A stretch of DNA of 64,000 nucleotides from Octopus sinensis (lineage: Eukaryota). The notes under the pieces were generated by a model, which was not told where the DNA came from, did no database searches, and saw only the letters and a program-made list of their open reading frames with translations. The stretch spans positions 41,664,001 through 41,728,000 of the forward strand of contig NC_043000.1 in assembly GCF_006345805.1 (NCBI RefSeq), read 5' to 3'. Positions 52,461 to 64,000 of the stretch are shown here, piece by piece; position 1 is the first letter of the stretch; every line of letters starts with the position of its first letter. The position numbers and the translations under genes are program-made.

Positions 52461-53975
52461 CCAGTGATTTTTCAGTAACCATTCGGTGTATCAAAGTCCC
52501 TTCAATGTATGGGATTCCATAGGAACACCCTGAAGAAATCTGTTGATGGCTATGACATTGGAGTTTTAAACATCATGTTAGAACCTGTCTTTCATTTTTC
52601 TATGAGTAGATCTTATCAATCTAAAGCCATCAGAGATTTTTTACTGTACTTTTATTTAAGACCTCCCTCTGTCTCATTGTCTGTATATTCTGCTATGTAA
52701 AATAATGGATATCTATTTTTCCTTCTTACTAGCACAAATGTGGTTATGATTTGCGATCGTTGCTGTGGGTAATGTTGTGTATATAGTTGGTGTTGCTTTT
52801 CTGGATTGCGTTGAGTTTGTGTATTCGTCAGCTTGTTTCGCTCTTATGGATTCGTTGTTGTGCTTATGTTCTTTTTTTTTTTTTTGATAGTAGTTGTATA
52901 TTTGTTGCGGTTGTGAATTTGGCGGTGTTTGCTGTTGGTGTTGTTTTGTGTCTTGTTCTTTTCGTCCTTAATTTTTGTTTTTAATTTTTTGCTACCTTCG
53001 TCTTATTGAAGTCGTAAAGTCAGAAGACTCCCATTCGGCGATGTGTGTATATGTGTATGTCTATTTTTGTTGAAGAATAGGGGAGAAATTTCTGGGTTGG
53101 TATATTCCCTGGGTGGCGGGTCTTGTGTTGTAATCGTGTTTATTTTCCGCCACTGAAGTTACTGCTGCGAGTTAGATATCAATGTTTACGATGCTGCCTT
53201 CTTTTTTTCTTCTTTGTGTCCTCATCACCGTTGCTACCTACACAAGAACATTTGCCCCATCATTATTACAATGACACACCAATCACCACCTCCGATGCCT
53301 CTGCCACCGCCTCCACCCCTTCCACTGCAACCACGACTGTTAACACGACAGTTCAAACATCACAATGTCAGCCGCACCACCACCATCACCAGCACAGCCA
53401 CCACTAATATTGTGGTCATCACACTCCATACATCACCCAATATCACAATTCCTCCAACAATCACAACGCCGCCTCGATGCTGCCGTTGTTGCTGTTTCAA
53501 TGATTGTTGTTGCGATCCTTGTTGCCACTATTGTTGACACTGCTCTTGATGTTGTTACACATATTGTTCTTATTGCTGCTCATTTTTTAAATTCTTGCTA
53601 CTGCAGTTGTTACTACTACCTCTGCTGCTGTATGGTGCTGCTGTTGCATTGATGGAGTCCGTCGTAGTGAGGCTCTCTTTCCCATTTACAGTTTCGGTTC
53701 TCTTCATAGAGGGCTTGCAGCTGTTCGTTTATTTCATACAAATGGAATCCAAGTCTTCTGTTCTCCACAGTTAATCGCAACCCCTCCTATTTTGCATCAT
53801 AACAGTTTGTACACAGACTACATGAGTGACGAAGCAACCTAAGCTAAACTGAAAGACCATCTAGACATGTGAGATGCATAGCTTATTGGAGAAGGAAGGT
53901 TCAGTAGCCAGAATTTTTGTCCATACACAAGAAAAACCACATCTAGACGGTCAGACACAAATACAATATCTTAGC

Positions 53976-54716
53976 GCACTATTACAACATCCACACAAAC
54001 ATAGAGAACATGAACACAGAGAAACAGCAGCAAGATCTAAAACTACAATAGCCATCAGCATTGTGCACGATGCACACCACCAATAAGTACAAGTTAACAG
54101 TAACTGCTGCGCTCTAACTGAGTCCACCTTGTACCACTCAGCTGGAGACCCCTACCACAATTAAAATCCCCAGAATAGCAAACACCGCATGTTTCAGTTA
54201 ATCGCAACCCCTCCTATTCTGCAGTGAGATAAGTTCAGGGATCTTTTCTAGATGTTCTGGCTTTACATGAAGAGGAATCCCCAGTGCCTCACCTTGTTCT
54301 CTTGACATCCAGCAGGGTATCACACCCTTTCAACACTAAGCAGGCTAATATCCACCAAAGATGTAGGACACCGGGTATTATTAGCCTCAGCCCCAATAAT
54401 CTCATGTATGCAAGGAAAAGAGCAAACTCTTCCCATCTGCAGGCGGTTACTCAGTGTGGCAATTCGACACCTCCAAAGTCACTGACTATCCCAGAGCACT
54501 ATTACAACATCCACACAAACATAGAGAACATATACACAGAGAAACAGCAGCAAGATCTAAAACTACAATAGCCATCAGCATTATGCGCGATGCACACCAC
54601 CAATAAGTGCAAGTTAACAGTAACTGCTGCGCTCTGACTGAGTCCACCTTGTACCCCTCAGCTGGAGACCTCTACCACAATTAAAATCCTCAGAATAGCA
54701 AACACCGCATGTTTCA
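53976..54716. repeat. ~220-bp direct duplication (53976-54197 and 54496-54716)
   Basis: GCACTATTACAACATCCACAC..CACCGCATGTTTCA twice; CAGTTAATCGCAACCCCTCCTATT also at 53768 and 54195. Confidence 0.95.
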
Positions 54717-55500
54717 AATTTACACACTGCACAGCCAAATGATATACCCTGGGTGACTTTACATGGTAGTTCAAGTTGAAAGAAACAACAGTTAAAATTC
54801 CTTCAGATGGCCAACTATATTCTAAAAAGAAATGAAACAGACGTTTGACAACGGAGAGCTCGAAATAGAAAAAAGTATTTTTTAAATTTAAAAATTTAAA
54901 AGAAGGAAATTGGAATAGTGATGGTTTGTGTATATAACTGGGCATAAATCAGCTGATTAAAACCGGGTATGTTACAACAGCAATAATTGAACGTTGGTGT
55001 ACAAAGTAGTGGCTTCGAATTGGTGAGTCTGTTAGGCAGTACTTTGTCGTTCGGTCTTCAACCTACGTAACATTAAACCTGCTGTTCGATCAGTTTCATT
55101 TCCGCCCATGAATATATGATGAATATATGATGATGATGATGGTGGTGGTGGTGGTGGTGGTGTTGGTGATCATAAAGGCGAGGATGGTGATGATGATGAC
55201 GAAGACGACAACGATGATGTCAGTATCATCATCATCATCATCACCACCACCACCACTACCACCAATATCAACAGCGACGCCGCCGCCACCACCACGACCA
55301 CCACGACCACTATACTACATTACCAATATCATCAATAGCAGCAGCAGCAGCATGACCGCCACTATCACCACTCTCACAATCACCACGACTGCCCCAGCCT
55401 TCAACACCATCATGATAATAATCATCATCAGCATCTTCATCATCGTCATCATCATCGTCATCGTCGTCGTTTTCGTTTTCTTCGTCATCAAAATTCTACA

Positions 55501-55644
55501 GTAAGTAGCTTGTTTACCAACCACATGGTTCCGGGTTCAGTCCCACAGCGTGGCACCTTGGGCAAGTGTCTTCTAATATAGCCTCGGGCCGACCAAAGCC
55601 TTGTGATTTGATTGGTAGACGGAAACTGAAAGAAGCCCGTCGTA

Positions 55645-55704
<60 letters not shown>

Positions 55705-55920
55705 TGTGTGTGTTTGTGTGTCTGTGTTGTTCCCCCTAGCATTGCTTGACAACCGATGCTGGTGTGTTTATGTCCCCGTTACTTAGCGGTTCGGCAAAAG
55801 AGACCGATAGAATAAGTACTGGGCTTACAAAAGAATAAGTCCCGGAGTCGAGTTGCTCGATTAAAGGCGGTGCTCGAGCATGGCCGCAGTCAAATGACTG
55901 AAACAAGTAAAAGAGTAAAG
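55501..55920 (+). mobile_element. SINE family A
   Basis: Near full length, 5' end clipped. Confidence 0.9.
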
Positions 55921-56641
55921 GAGAGACAATTCCGATACTCATTTCATTCTCTTCGACCAGCAACTCAAAGAATTCTTCCCATCCCACCACGAACCATCAA
56001 ACCCCTATCTTTCACAGTTACCCTTGCAATTCTACGCTTTATCCTTTGCTAAAACGCCCCTTTATTCTTGTCAACTCCCTCAGCTTTAACCCTCCCACTT
56101 CCTCTCCTTCATATTACAATACCGATCCGTGCTTTGCCCATCAAATCCCATTGTTCTTTTCCTTCTCTCCCTTTTTTCTCTCTTTTCTTTACTACCTCGC
56201 TCTCTTTCTCTTCTCTCTCTTGCGTTATCCTTATCTCCTCGTCTCTTTTGTCATTCAGCCCAGCTCCTTCTTAGTAAACCTCAGCATCTTTTCCTGCCTT
56301 CTTTTTTTCTTCTTTGCATCCTCATCACCGTTGCTACCTACACAAGAACATTTGCCCCATCATTATTACAATGATACACCAATCACCACCTCCGATGCCT
56401 CTGCCACCACCGCCACCCCTTCCACCGCAACCACGACTGTTAACACGCCAGTTCCAACATCACAATGTCAGCCACACCACCACCACCACCACCAGAACAG
56501 CCACCACTAATATTGTCGTCATCACACTCCATACATCACCCAATATCACAATTCCTCCAACAATCACAACGCCGCCTCCATTCTTGCAGCGACCACTACC
56601 ATGTTTCCTTTCAACCACAGCTATGAAGCTATGAAGCTATG

Positions 56642-56687
<46 letters not shown>

Positions 56688-56715
56688 GCACCACCACCAC
56701 CACCACCACCACCAT

Positions 56716-56950
56716 TACCTATTTTTTTATTACCCACAAGGGGCTAAACACAGAGGGGACAAACAAGGACAGACATAGGTATTAAGTCGATTACATCGAC
56801 TCCAGTGCATAACTGGTACTTAATTTATCGACCCCGAAAGGATGAAAGGTAAAATCGACCTCGGCGGAATTTGAACTCACAACGTAACGACAGACGAAAT
56901 ACGGCTACGCATTTCGCCGGGCGTGCTAAAGTTTCTGCCAGCTCGCCGCC
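56716..56950 (-). mobile_element. SINE family C with C2 tail, full length
   Basis: GGCGGCGAGCTGGCAGAAAC head to TTTAGCCCCTTGTGGGTAATAAAAAAATAGG tail. Confidence 0.9.
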
Positions 56951-57595
56951 TAACGCCATCACCGCCAAAACCGCCAATACCAACATCTACACCACCACCA
57001 CCACAACCACCAATAACACACCACTACCACCACTACCACCACCGCCACCGCTAACTCTCCCACTAACACCACCACGAACACTACCCCCACTAACACCACC
57101 AAAACTAATATCGCTACCACCACCACCACCACATCCACAAATCGCAAGTATCATCACTATCACAATCACCACAAGCACCAGCACCTATACTACTACCACC
57201 ACCCCACCACGTCTACCATCACTAATACCTTCACCAGTGACACCAATACTACGGGAAGCACTAACGCCTTCATAGCAATCATCACCAGCGCCACCATCGA
57301 CATTATCACCATCAACACTACAATTGTTAACACCACCACCACCACTACCACCACCACCATGATTAGAACCAGCCCGTATAGTGTACCACAACCATCACGA
57401 AGGTTATTATTAACCATCAGCATCACCATTCTTAACAACCACATCAACAGCGTCATAAATTTAATTCCTGACACAAAAACCACCATTATAGACTATTGTG
57501 CATTATTTCGCCCACTACAGATTACTATCACCAACTCCGCCATCAGTTTCACTAACAGAAACAGCATCATCATCATCACGGCCACCACCACCACC

Positions 57596-57629
<34 letters not shown>

Positions 57630-57824
57630 TCTCAACAAATACCCCGTCAACCCTTATTAAACTCTACCCAGTACCCCTTCCTGTTTGATGTTACATCCAA
57701 CCGTTGCTTATTTCTTAAAGCACCGCGTCTCTTCAAAAAGAAAAGTAAAAATGCCTAAGTATGAATGTATGCATGCATTTATGTGTGCACATAAATGTGT
57801 ATGTGTGTATACATACATGCATAC

Positions 57825-57888
<64 letters not shown>

Positions 57889-58679
57889 TATATACACACA
57901 TATATATATATGTGTGTATGTGTGTGTATATACATACACACATGTATTGTGTATATATGTCTATATATATATATGTACGTATGTATGTATATGTATACAT
58001 ACATACGTATATATATATATATAAATATATATATACACACATATACATATATATATATTATATATATGTACGTAAGTATGTATGTATATGTATATATACA
58101 TACATACGTATATATATATATATACACAAATATATACATATATACATATACATATATATAATATATACATACATACATACATACACGCATATATATATGT
58201 CGTATGTCTATGTATGTATGTATGCATATATATATATATAGATAAGATGAGAAGGAGAGAGAGGAGAAAGTGATGATACACAACACACAAAAGTACTTAT
58301 CCTTTATCCCCTGTTGACCATCAGCATACACACACACACTCACACACACACAAACACACACTCATTTGCACAGACGCACACAAACACACATACACACACA
58401 CTCACATGCAACACAATACCTGAGGTAACAATAACTGCACCACATCACCACCAGCTCCACCAGTAGCACCACCACCACCACCACACAATTCAAACAATAC
58501 AAACAACAATAGCTACAACAACAACAACAATAACAAGGGCAAGTTATAAAGGCAGAAAGAGTAAGAGTAGGAGTGAATGGGAGGAGGAGGAGGAGGAGGA
58601 GGAGGAACGCGAGTGACGAGGTGGTGCTTGCTGTGGTGTTGGTGGTGGTAAGGTTATGGTTGAAAGGGAGGAGGGAAGG

Positions 58680-59970
58680 AAGGAAGTAAGGGAGAAAGGA
58701 AGGAGGAAGGAAGGAAGGAAGGAAGGAAAGAAAGAAGGACGGAAGGAACGAACGAACGAACGAAGGAACGAAGAAACGAAGGAAGAAATGAAATAAGGAA
58801 CGAAGGTTGCAAGGAACGAATGGGAAGAAGGAGGAAAGAAATGAGGAGAGGACAGAAACATGGAAGGAAAGCTGGAGAGAATGAAAGATAGAAGGAAGGA
58901 AAGATGAAAGGAAGGAAGGAAGGAAGGAAGGAAAGAAGGTAAGTATAAATGAAGGAATGAACGAACGAAGGAACGAAGAAACGAAGGAATAAATGAAGTA
59001 AGGAAGGAAGGTTGCAAGGAACGAATGGGAAGAAGGAGGAAAGAAATGAAGAGAGGACAGAAACATGGAAGGAAAGCTGAAGAGAATGAAAGATAGAAGG
59101 AAGGAAAGATGAAAGAAAAGAAGGAAAGAAGGTAAGTATGAATGAAGGAAGGAACGAACGAAGGAACGAAGAAACGAAGGAATAAATGAAGTAAGGAAGG
59201 AAGGTTGCAAGGAACGAATGGGAAGAATGAGGAAAGAAATGAGGAGAGGACAGAAACATGGAAGGAAAGCTGGAGAGAATGAAAGATAGAAGGAAGGAAA
59301 GATGAAAGGACGGAAAGAAGAAAGGAAGGAAGGAAGGAAGGAAAGAAGGTAAGTATGAATGAAGGAAGGAACGAAGAAACGAAGGAATAAATGAAGTGAG
59401 GAAGGAAGGTTGCAAAGAACGAATGGGAAGAAGGAAGAAAGAAATGAGGAGAGGACAGAAATATGGAAGGAAAGCTGGAGAGAATGAAAGATAGAAGGAA
59501 GGAAAGATGTAAGGACGGAAGGAAGGAAGGAAGGAAGGAAGGAAGGAAGGAAGGAAGGAAGGAAGGAAGGAAGGAAGGAAGGAAGGAAGGAAGGAAAGAA
59601 TGTAAATATGAATGAAGTGCGGAACGAACGAAGGAACGAAGAAACGAAGGAATAAATGAAGTAAGGAAGGAAGGTTGCAAGGAACGAATGGGAAGAATGA
59701 GGAAAGAAATGAGGAGAGGACAGAAACATGGAAGCAAAGCTGGAGAGAATGAAAGATAGAAAGAAGGAAAGATGAAAGGAAGGAAAGAAGGAAGGAAAGA
59801 AGGTAAGTATGAATGAAGGAAGGAACGAAGAAACGAAGGAATAAATGAAGTGAGGAAGGAAGGTTGCAAGGAACGAATGGGAAGAAGGAGGAAAGAAATG
59901 AGGAGAGGACAGAAACATCGAAGGAAAGCTGGAGAGAATGAAAGATAGGAAGGAATGATGAAAGGAAGGA
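58680..59970. repeat. Purine-rich compound minisatellite, ~6 units of 189-265 bp with embedded (GGAA)n
   Basis: Marker GGTTGCAA at 58805, 59010, 59203, 59408, 59673, 59862; unit length varies with the (GGAA)n tract. Confidence 0.95.
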
Positions 59971-60544
59971 AATGAGGCAAGAAGGCAAGAAGGAATGAAA
60001 GAGTGAAGGAACGAACGCAAAAAGTGGCAAGAGAACATAGGAGGAAGAAAGAATGAAATAATGAAAGAAAGACAGAATGAATGAAAAAGAAAGAAAAAAA
60101 TCTAGGAAGAAAGAAGATTGAGAAAAGAATGAAAGAAGGACAGAAAAACGGTGAAAGACTTTGGAGGAAAATAAAGGGAAGAATAACTGGATCAAGTAAA
60201 GAAGTAAGAATGCACGAAAGAATGAATGAAAACGAAAAACAGAATGAAAGAATGAGTGAAAAAGAAAGTTAAGGGAGGAAGGAAAAAAGAAAGAAAGGAA
60301 AAGGAAGGAATGAAGGAGGGAACATTTGTAAGTTTGTTTCTATATGTCTGTAACTCATCCAAACTATTCTTTGTCCGTTGTTGTAAAGTTTAAGACAAAT
60401 CTCTTTGAGTAGCCATCCGAGATAGAGGAAGGGAGAGGGAGATTGAGAGAGAAAAGGGAGAGAGACCTGTTTAATAAAATACGTTGCGGCCATGACCATC
60501 ACATCGTTTTAATTTTTTTATATCGATTTTTTTTTTATTAATTT

Positions 60545-60606
60545 CGTATTTATTTATTTATTTATTTATTTCTCTATTTTTTTTTGTTTCGTTTTCCTTC
60601 CAGCAG
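60545..60606 (+). other. Strong 3' splice acceptor (polypyrimidine tract + CAGCAG)
   Basis: TTTCTCTATTTTTTTTTGTTTCGTTTTCCTTC followed by CAGCAG at 60601-60606; TTAAT branch-like motifs near 60509 and 60538. Confidence 0.4.
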
Positions 60607-61029
60607 ACATTGTGCGTGCGTGAATGTCCTCATCAACTTACATTCTTGAAGCCGCCACAAACTCCACCACCACCACCACCACCACCAACACCACTACCAC
60701 CACCACCACTATCACCAGCACGACTACCACCATCACAACCACAACCACCATCATTACCACCACTGCCATCACCACCACTACCACCACCACCACCACCACC
60801 ACCACTACCGCTATCATCATCATCATCATCAATACCCCCACCATCACCATCGCCACCGCCACCACCACCACCACCACCACCACTATCACAACTAGAGCCA
60901 CCATCACCATCACCATCACCATCCCTGCCTCTATTATCACCACCATTATTACCACAACCACCGCCATCGATATCCCCATCACAACGACAGTCATCACCAC
61001 AACCACCACACATTTAAGTTTCTATATAT

Positions 61030-61590
61030 ATATCATATGTTGATTAAAGGGCATTTAACTACTATTTCTACCCGTTTGAATGAACCAGGTAGAGGCTCCC
61101 TGTTCCATTGTCTTCTGTTTATCGTCTTGTCCACTGGGGTGAGGTTGTGCTGTGCGGTGTCGTTGTACCTTTTACCAGCAGCTAACAAGCCTGCACGCCA
61201 GCCAAGCCAGCCAGCCAGCTACATAGCCGTTTTCTCTGCGGACCAACCAGTGAGTCAATTGTTGTGTATATGTGTGTGTATGTGTGTGTGTGTGTGTGTA
61301 TGTGAGTGCGTGTGTGTGAGTGTGTGTGCGTGATTGTATGCGAAAGGGAGAGAGAGAAAGGGAGGGACCTTAGTGTGTGTGCGCGTATTATGTGTGTGTG
61401 TATGTCTATGTAAGAGAGCGTGCAGGTGAGGAAGGTAGAGACGGTGCGTGCGTGCGTGTGAGTGCGCGCGCCCGAGAGTGAGTGCGTGCGCTTGTGTGTT
61501 CTGGCCCAGAGGGTGACATTGTGCGTACGCGTATAGGTGTGATCAGGGAGAGAGCGAGAGTCAGACAGATAGACAGTGGTCAGCGGATGG
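61030..61590 (+). promoter_or_regulatory. Putative ascl1 proximal promoter region
   Basis: CpG-richer, TE-free sequence right before the gene. GCAGGTG E-box at 61422-61428, N-box CTTGTG at 61491-61496, SOX-type CATTGT at 61106 and 61517. Confidence 0.4.
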
Positions 61591-61647
61591 TTGAAGAACA
61601 CACCACTACCACCACTACTATCACCACCACAACAACAACAACAACAG

Positions 61648-61746
<99 letters not shown>

Positions 61747-61787
61747 GTAGTAGTATTATTGCTTCTGTTGATTATATCTTCGATTAG
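61587..61787 (+). other. Possible upstream ORF (66 aa, poly-Thr/poly-Ala) in the ascl1 leader
   Basis: ATG at 61587 and TAG at 61785-61787, same frame as the 61944 ATG; built on ACT/GCT/ACA triplet repeats. TSS unknown. Confidence 0.3.
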
Positions 61788-61943
61788 TGTTAGAGCAACG
61801 ACGCCAGCATCCACAACAAAAGCAACAGTGATTATAACGGCAAGATTTTACTACTACTACTACTACTACTACAACTACATCTACTACTACTACTGCGACT
61901 ACTACTACTACTGCTGCTGCTGCTACTACTGCCATTTCCAGCA

Positions 61944-62705
61944 ATGTCGTCCACGGCTCTCGGTCTTGTTTCCATTCCGGTCAGCTTCGATGCAGCTGGA
62001 TGCGGTTTCACAACGCCGACCTGCATTTTACTAAACACGTCTGCAGCAGCTGCTGCTGCGGTGACCGTTGCACAAATACAGCAGCAACAACAACAACAAC
62101 AACAACAACAGCAACAGCAGCAACAACAGCAACAACAGCAACAACTTCAGCAGCAACAAGAGGAGCAGCATCAACAACAACAGCAATTATTATTAATAAG
62201 TGGAAATAGTTATACTTGTGCAAACCAACTTTCGCAACAGCAGCAACAACAACAGCAGCAAAAGCAACAGCAGCAACAACAGCAGCAACAACAACAACAA
62301 CAGCAGCAGCAGCAACAACAGCAACAACAGCAGCAGCATGAGCAACAGCAGCAGCAGTTGTTGTTAATAAGCGGCAACAGCTATCCTCTGCACACGAATG
62401 CACCGTCCTATCAGCAGCACCAAGAACAAGACCAACAACAACAACAACAACAACAACAGCAGCAGCTGCTGCAGCAAGACCAACAGTTGCAACTTCAGGA
62501 ATACCCAAGCCAACATCGCCATCAGCATCAGTCACAACAACAACAACAACAGCAACAACAACAGCAACAACAACGAGGGCAGGAATCGCAGGAGGATTAC
62601 CAAATCAAGAAAATACCTTCACTTAATAGACTAACTTCGACCGTGACATTGGCGCCAGTTAGAATTGTCAAAAACGCTCAAATGCTTTCTGTCTTCCCTC
62701 TGCTC

Positions 62706-62744
<39 letters not shown>

Positions 62745-62771
62745 AGTAACAACAACAACAACAACAACAGC

Positions 62772-62802
<31 letters not shown>

Positions 62803-63218
62803 TAATAATAATAATAATAATACCACCACCCCTGCTATCACCGCCGCCAACACCCTCCAAAACAACAACGATAACAACAATAACAACACCACTGTAACTA
62901 CTCTCACGAACAAAAAGAACAGCATCATCACCACCACCACCACCAACATCAAAAACAGTGGCAACGACAGTTATTTTACTCTTAACACCGACCCGGTAAC
63001 TATTTCTACACATACCGTCTTAAATGGAAACGATAGGGTTCGATCTCATATCGCTTCCTCGAACAACGGTACAAAATGCAGCGAACATCATCAACAGCAA
63101 AACCATCATCAACATCATCAGTTGCATCTACAACAGCAGCAACAACAACAACAACAACAACAACAGCAACAACCACACATATATCAGCAACAACAGATTC
63201 CTCGTTTTCACCAACAGC

Positions 63219-63255
<37 letters not shown>

Positions 63256-63757
63256 CAAACAACAACACCAGCCAGAACTTTTACGCTGCAAAAGACGAAT
63301 TGATTTTTCAGATCTTGGGTTTACAATGCCGCGTGCACAACCAGCTGCAGTGGCCCGGCGCAACGAGCGTGAGAGAAACCGTGTCAAACTGGTCAATCTG
63401 GGATTCGAAACCCTCCGGGAACATGTGCCAAGCGGCCGTAAGAACAAGAAGATGAGTAAAGTGGAAACATTACGTGCAGCTGTGCAGTATATCAAACGAC
63501 TACAGGAACTATTGCAACATGGAAAGGACTTCATGAACATCAAAGAATTGCAAGCATGTGCAGCGGCTGCAGTGGCAGTTACAGCTTCGAACGTTGACAC
63601 AACAGCCAAAACAGCTGCACGTTTATCGCCCCGTCCAAATTCAGACCGCAGCGCTTCACCTTCTTCCAGCCTCTATTCGGATTCATGCAGCTCCACTTGC
63701 GACCCATTCCCAGCTGACGAAGATGATTTTATGGACTTTTCAAATTTACTTTCATAA
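61944..63757 (+). CDS. ascl1: Achaete-scute homolog (ASCL1/ASH-type proneural bHLH), apparently single coding exon, with an apparent 1-bp frameshift at ~62802
   Basis: Frame 63122-63757 encodes [71 protein letters not shown] (ASCL-a pre-basic motif plus bHLH), a Ser-rich tail and an acidic end ([13 protein letters not shown]). That frame is open back to 62801. The ATG at 61944 opens a polyQ/polyN ORF that joins it if one A is restored in AAT-AT-AAT at 62799-62806, giving 604 aa. bHLH identity is near certain; the start site is less so. Confidence 0.9.
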
Positions 63758-63922
63758 GCTAAGATGTTCGTTAATCATTGTATTAATTTGGCGACCAGTG
63801 GGTTTGTTTTGATATTTTCGTGTTATTATTTAGTTCCATTTTTTTTTTGTTTGTGTTGCAGTTTGATAGACAGGGATGGGGAAATCTCTCGTATAACAAT
63901 ATATATGTCTGCGTATACAAAC

Positions 63923-63967
<45 letters not shown>

Positions 63968-64000
63968 GACAGATAGATAGATGGGTAGATAGATAGATAG

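Larger units (their letters stand above)
53194..56578. repeat. ~285-bp dispersed direct duplication (53194-53477 and 56294-56578)
   Basis: CCTCATCACCGTTGCTACCTACACAAGAACATTTGCCCC..ACAACGCCGCCTC present twice, ~3.1 kb apart. Confidence 0.95.

Noticed and set aside
58800-59970. CRISPR-like periodicity (also 25836-26140)
   Set aside because: Units are wholly repeated with no unique spacers, there are no cas genes, and the context is eukaryotic.
58362-60195. Three long minus-strand ORFs (478-558 aa, F/S/L/P-rich)
   Set aside because: All three frames are open because the pyrimidine-rich strand of the minisatellite lacks stop codons; no domain content.
60610-61043. Poly-Pro / poly-Thr ORFs (formin- or mucin-like)
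   Set aside because: (CCA)n/(CAT)n microsatellite open in most frames on both strands; no complex sequence.
62799-62806. Programmed ribosomal frameshift in ascl1
   Set aside because: No canonical slippery heptamer or evident downstream structure; similar one-base dropouts pepper non-coding microsatellites in this assembly.
63329-63337. GCACGCGG Hairy-type site on the minus strand
   Set aside because: Inside the coding sequence and explained by the Pro-Arg-Ala codons.

Overview
Eukaryotic, AT-rich, microsatellite-saturated DNA, most likely from an octopus (coleoid cephalopod); this is inferred from the SINE families and repeat landscape, not from a search. There is one recognisable host gene, an achaete-scute/ASCL1-type proneural bHLH gene at the 3' end (61944-63757, +). 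Its long polyQ/polyN N-terminus is split from the bHLH by a single missing base in an (AAT)n tract. The ~60 kb upstream is a gene desert. It holds four modular tRNA-derived SINE families, fragments of R4/Dong-, RTE- and L1/Tx1-type LINEs, a near full-length decayed hAT with oomycete-like motifs, a second hAT, Tc1/mariner, Merlin and Helitron relics, MITEs with clean TSDs, and tandem duplications, some probably assembly artefacts. The least obvious signal is about ten type I hammerhead-ribozyme motifs (one almost intact at 34193-34243), several inside long palindromes resembling Penelope-like element pseudo-LTRs. Also notable: a purine-rich minisatellite carrying repeated perfect 5' splice sites just upstream of a strong acceptor near the gene, and a dense HES-type site cluster. 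Nearly all other ORFs in the track are microsatellite artefacts. All family assignments come from motif recall; no searches were run.
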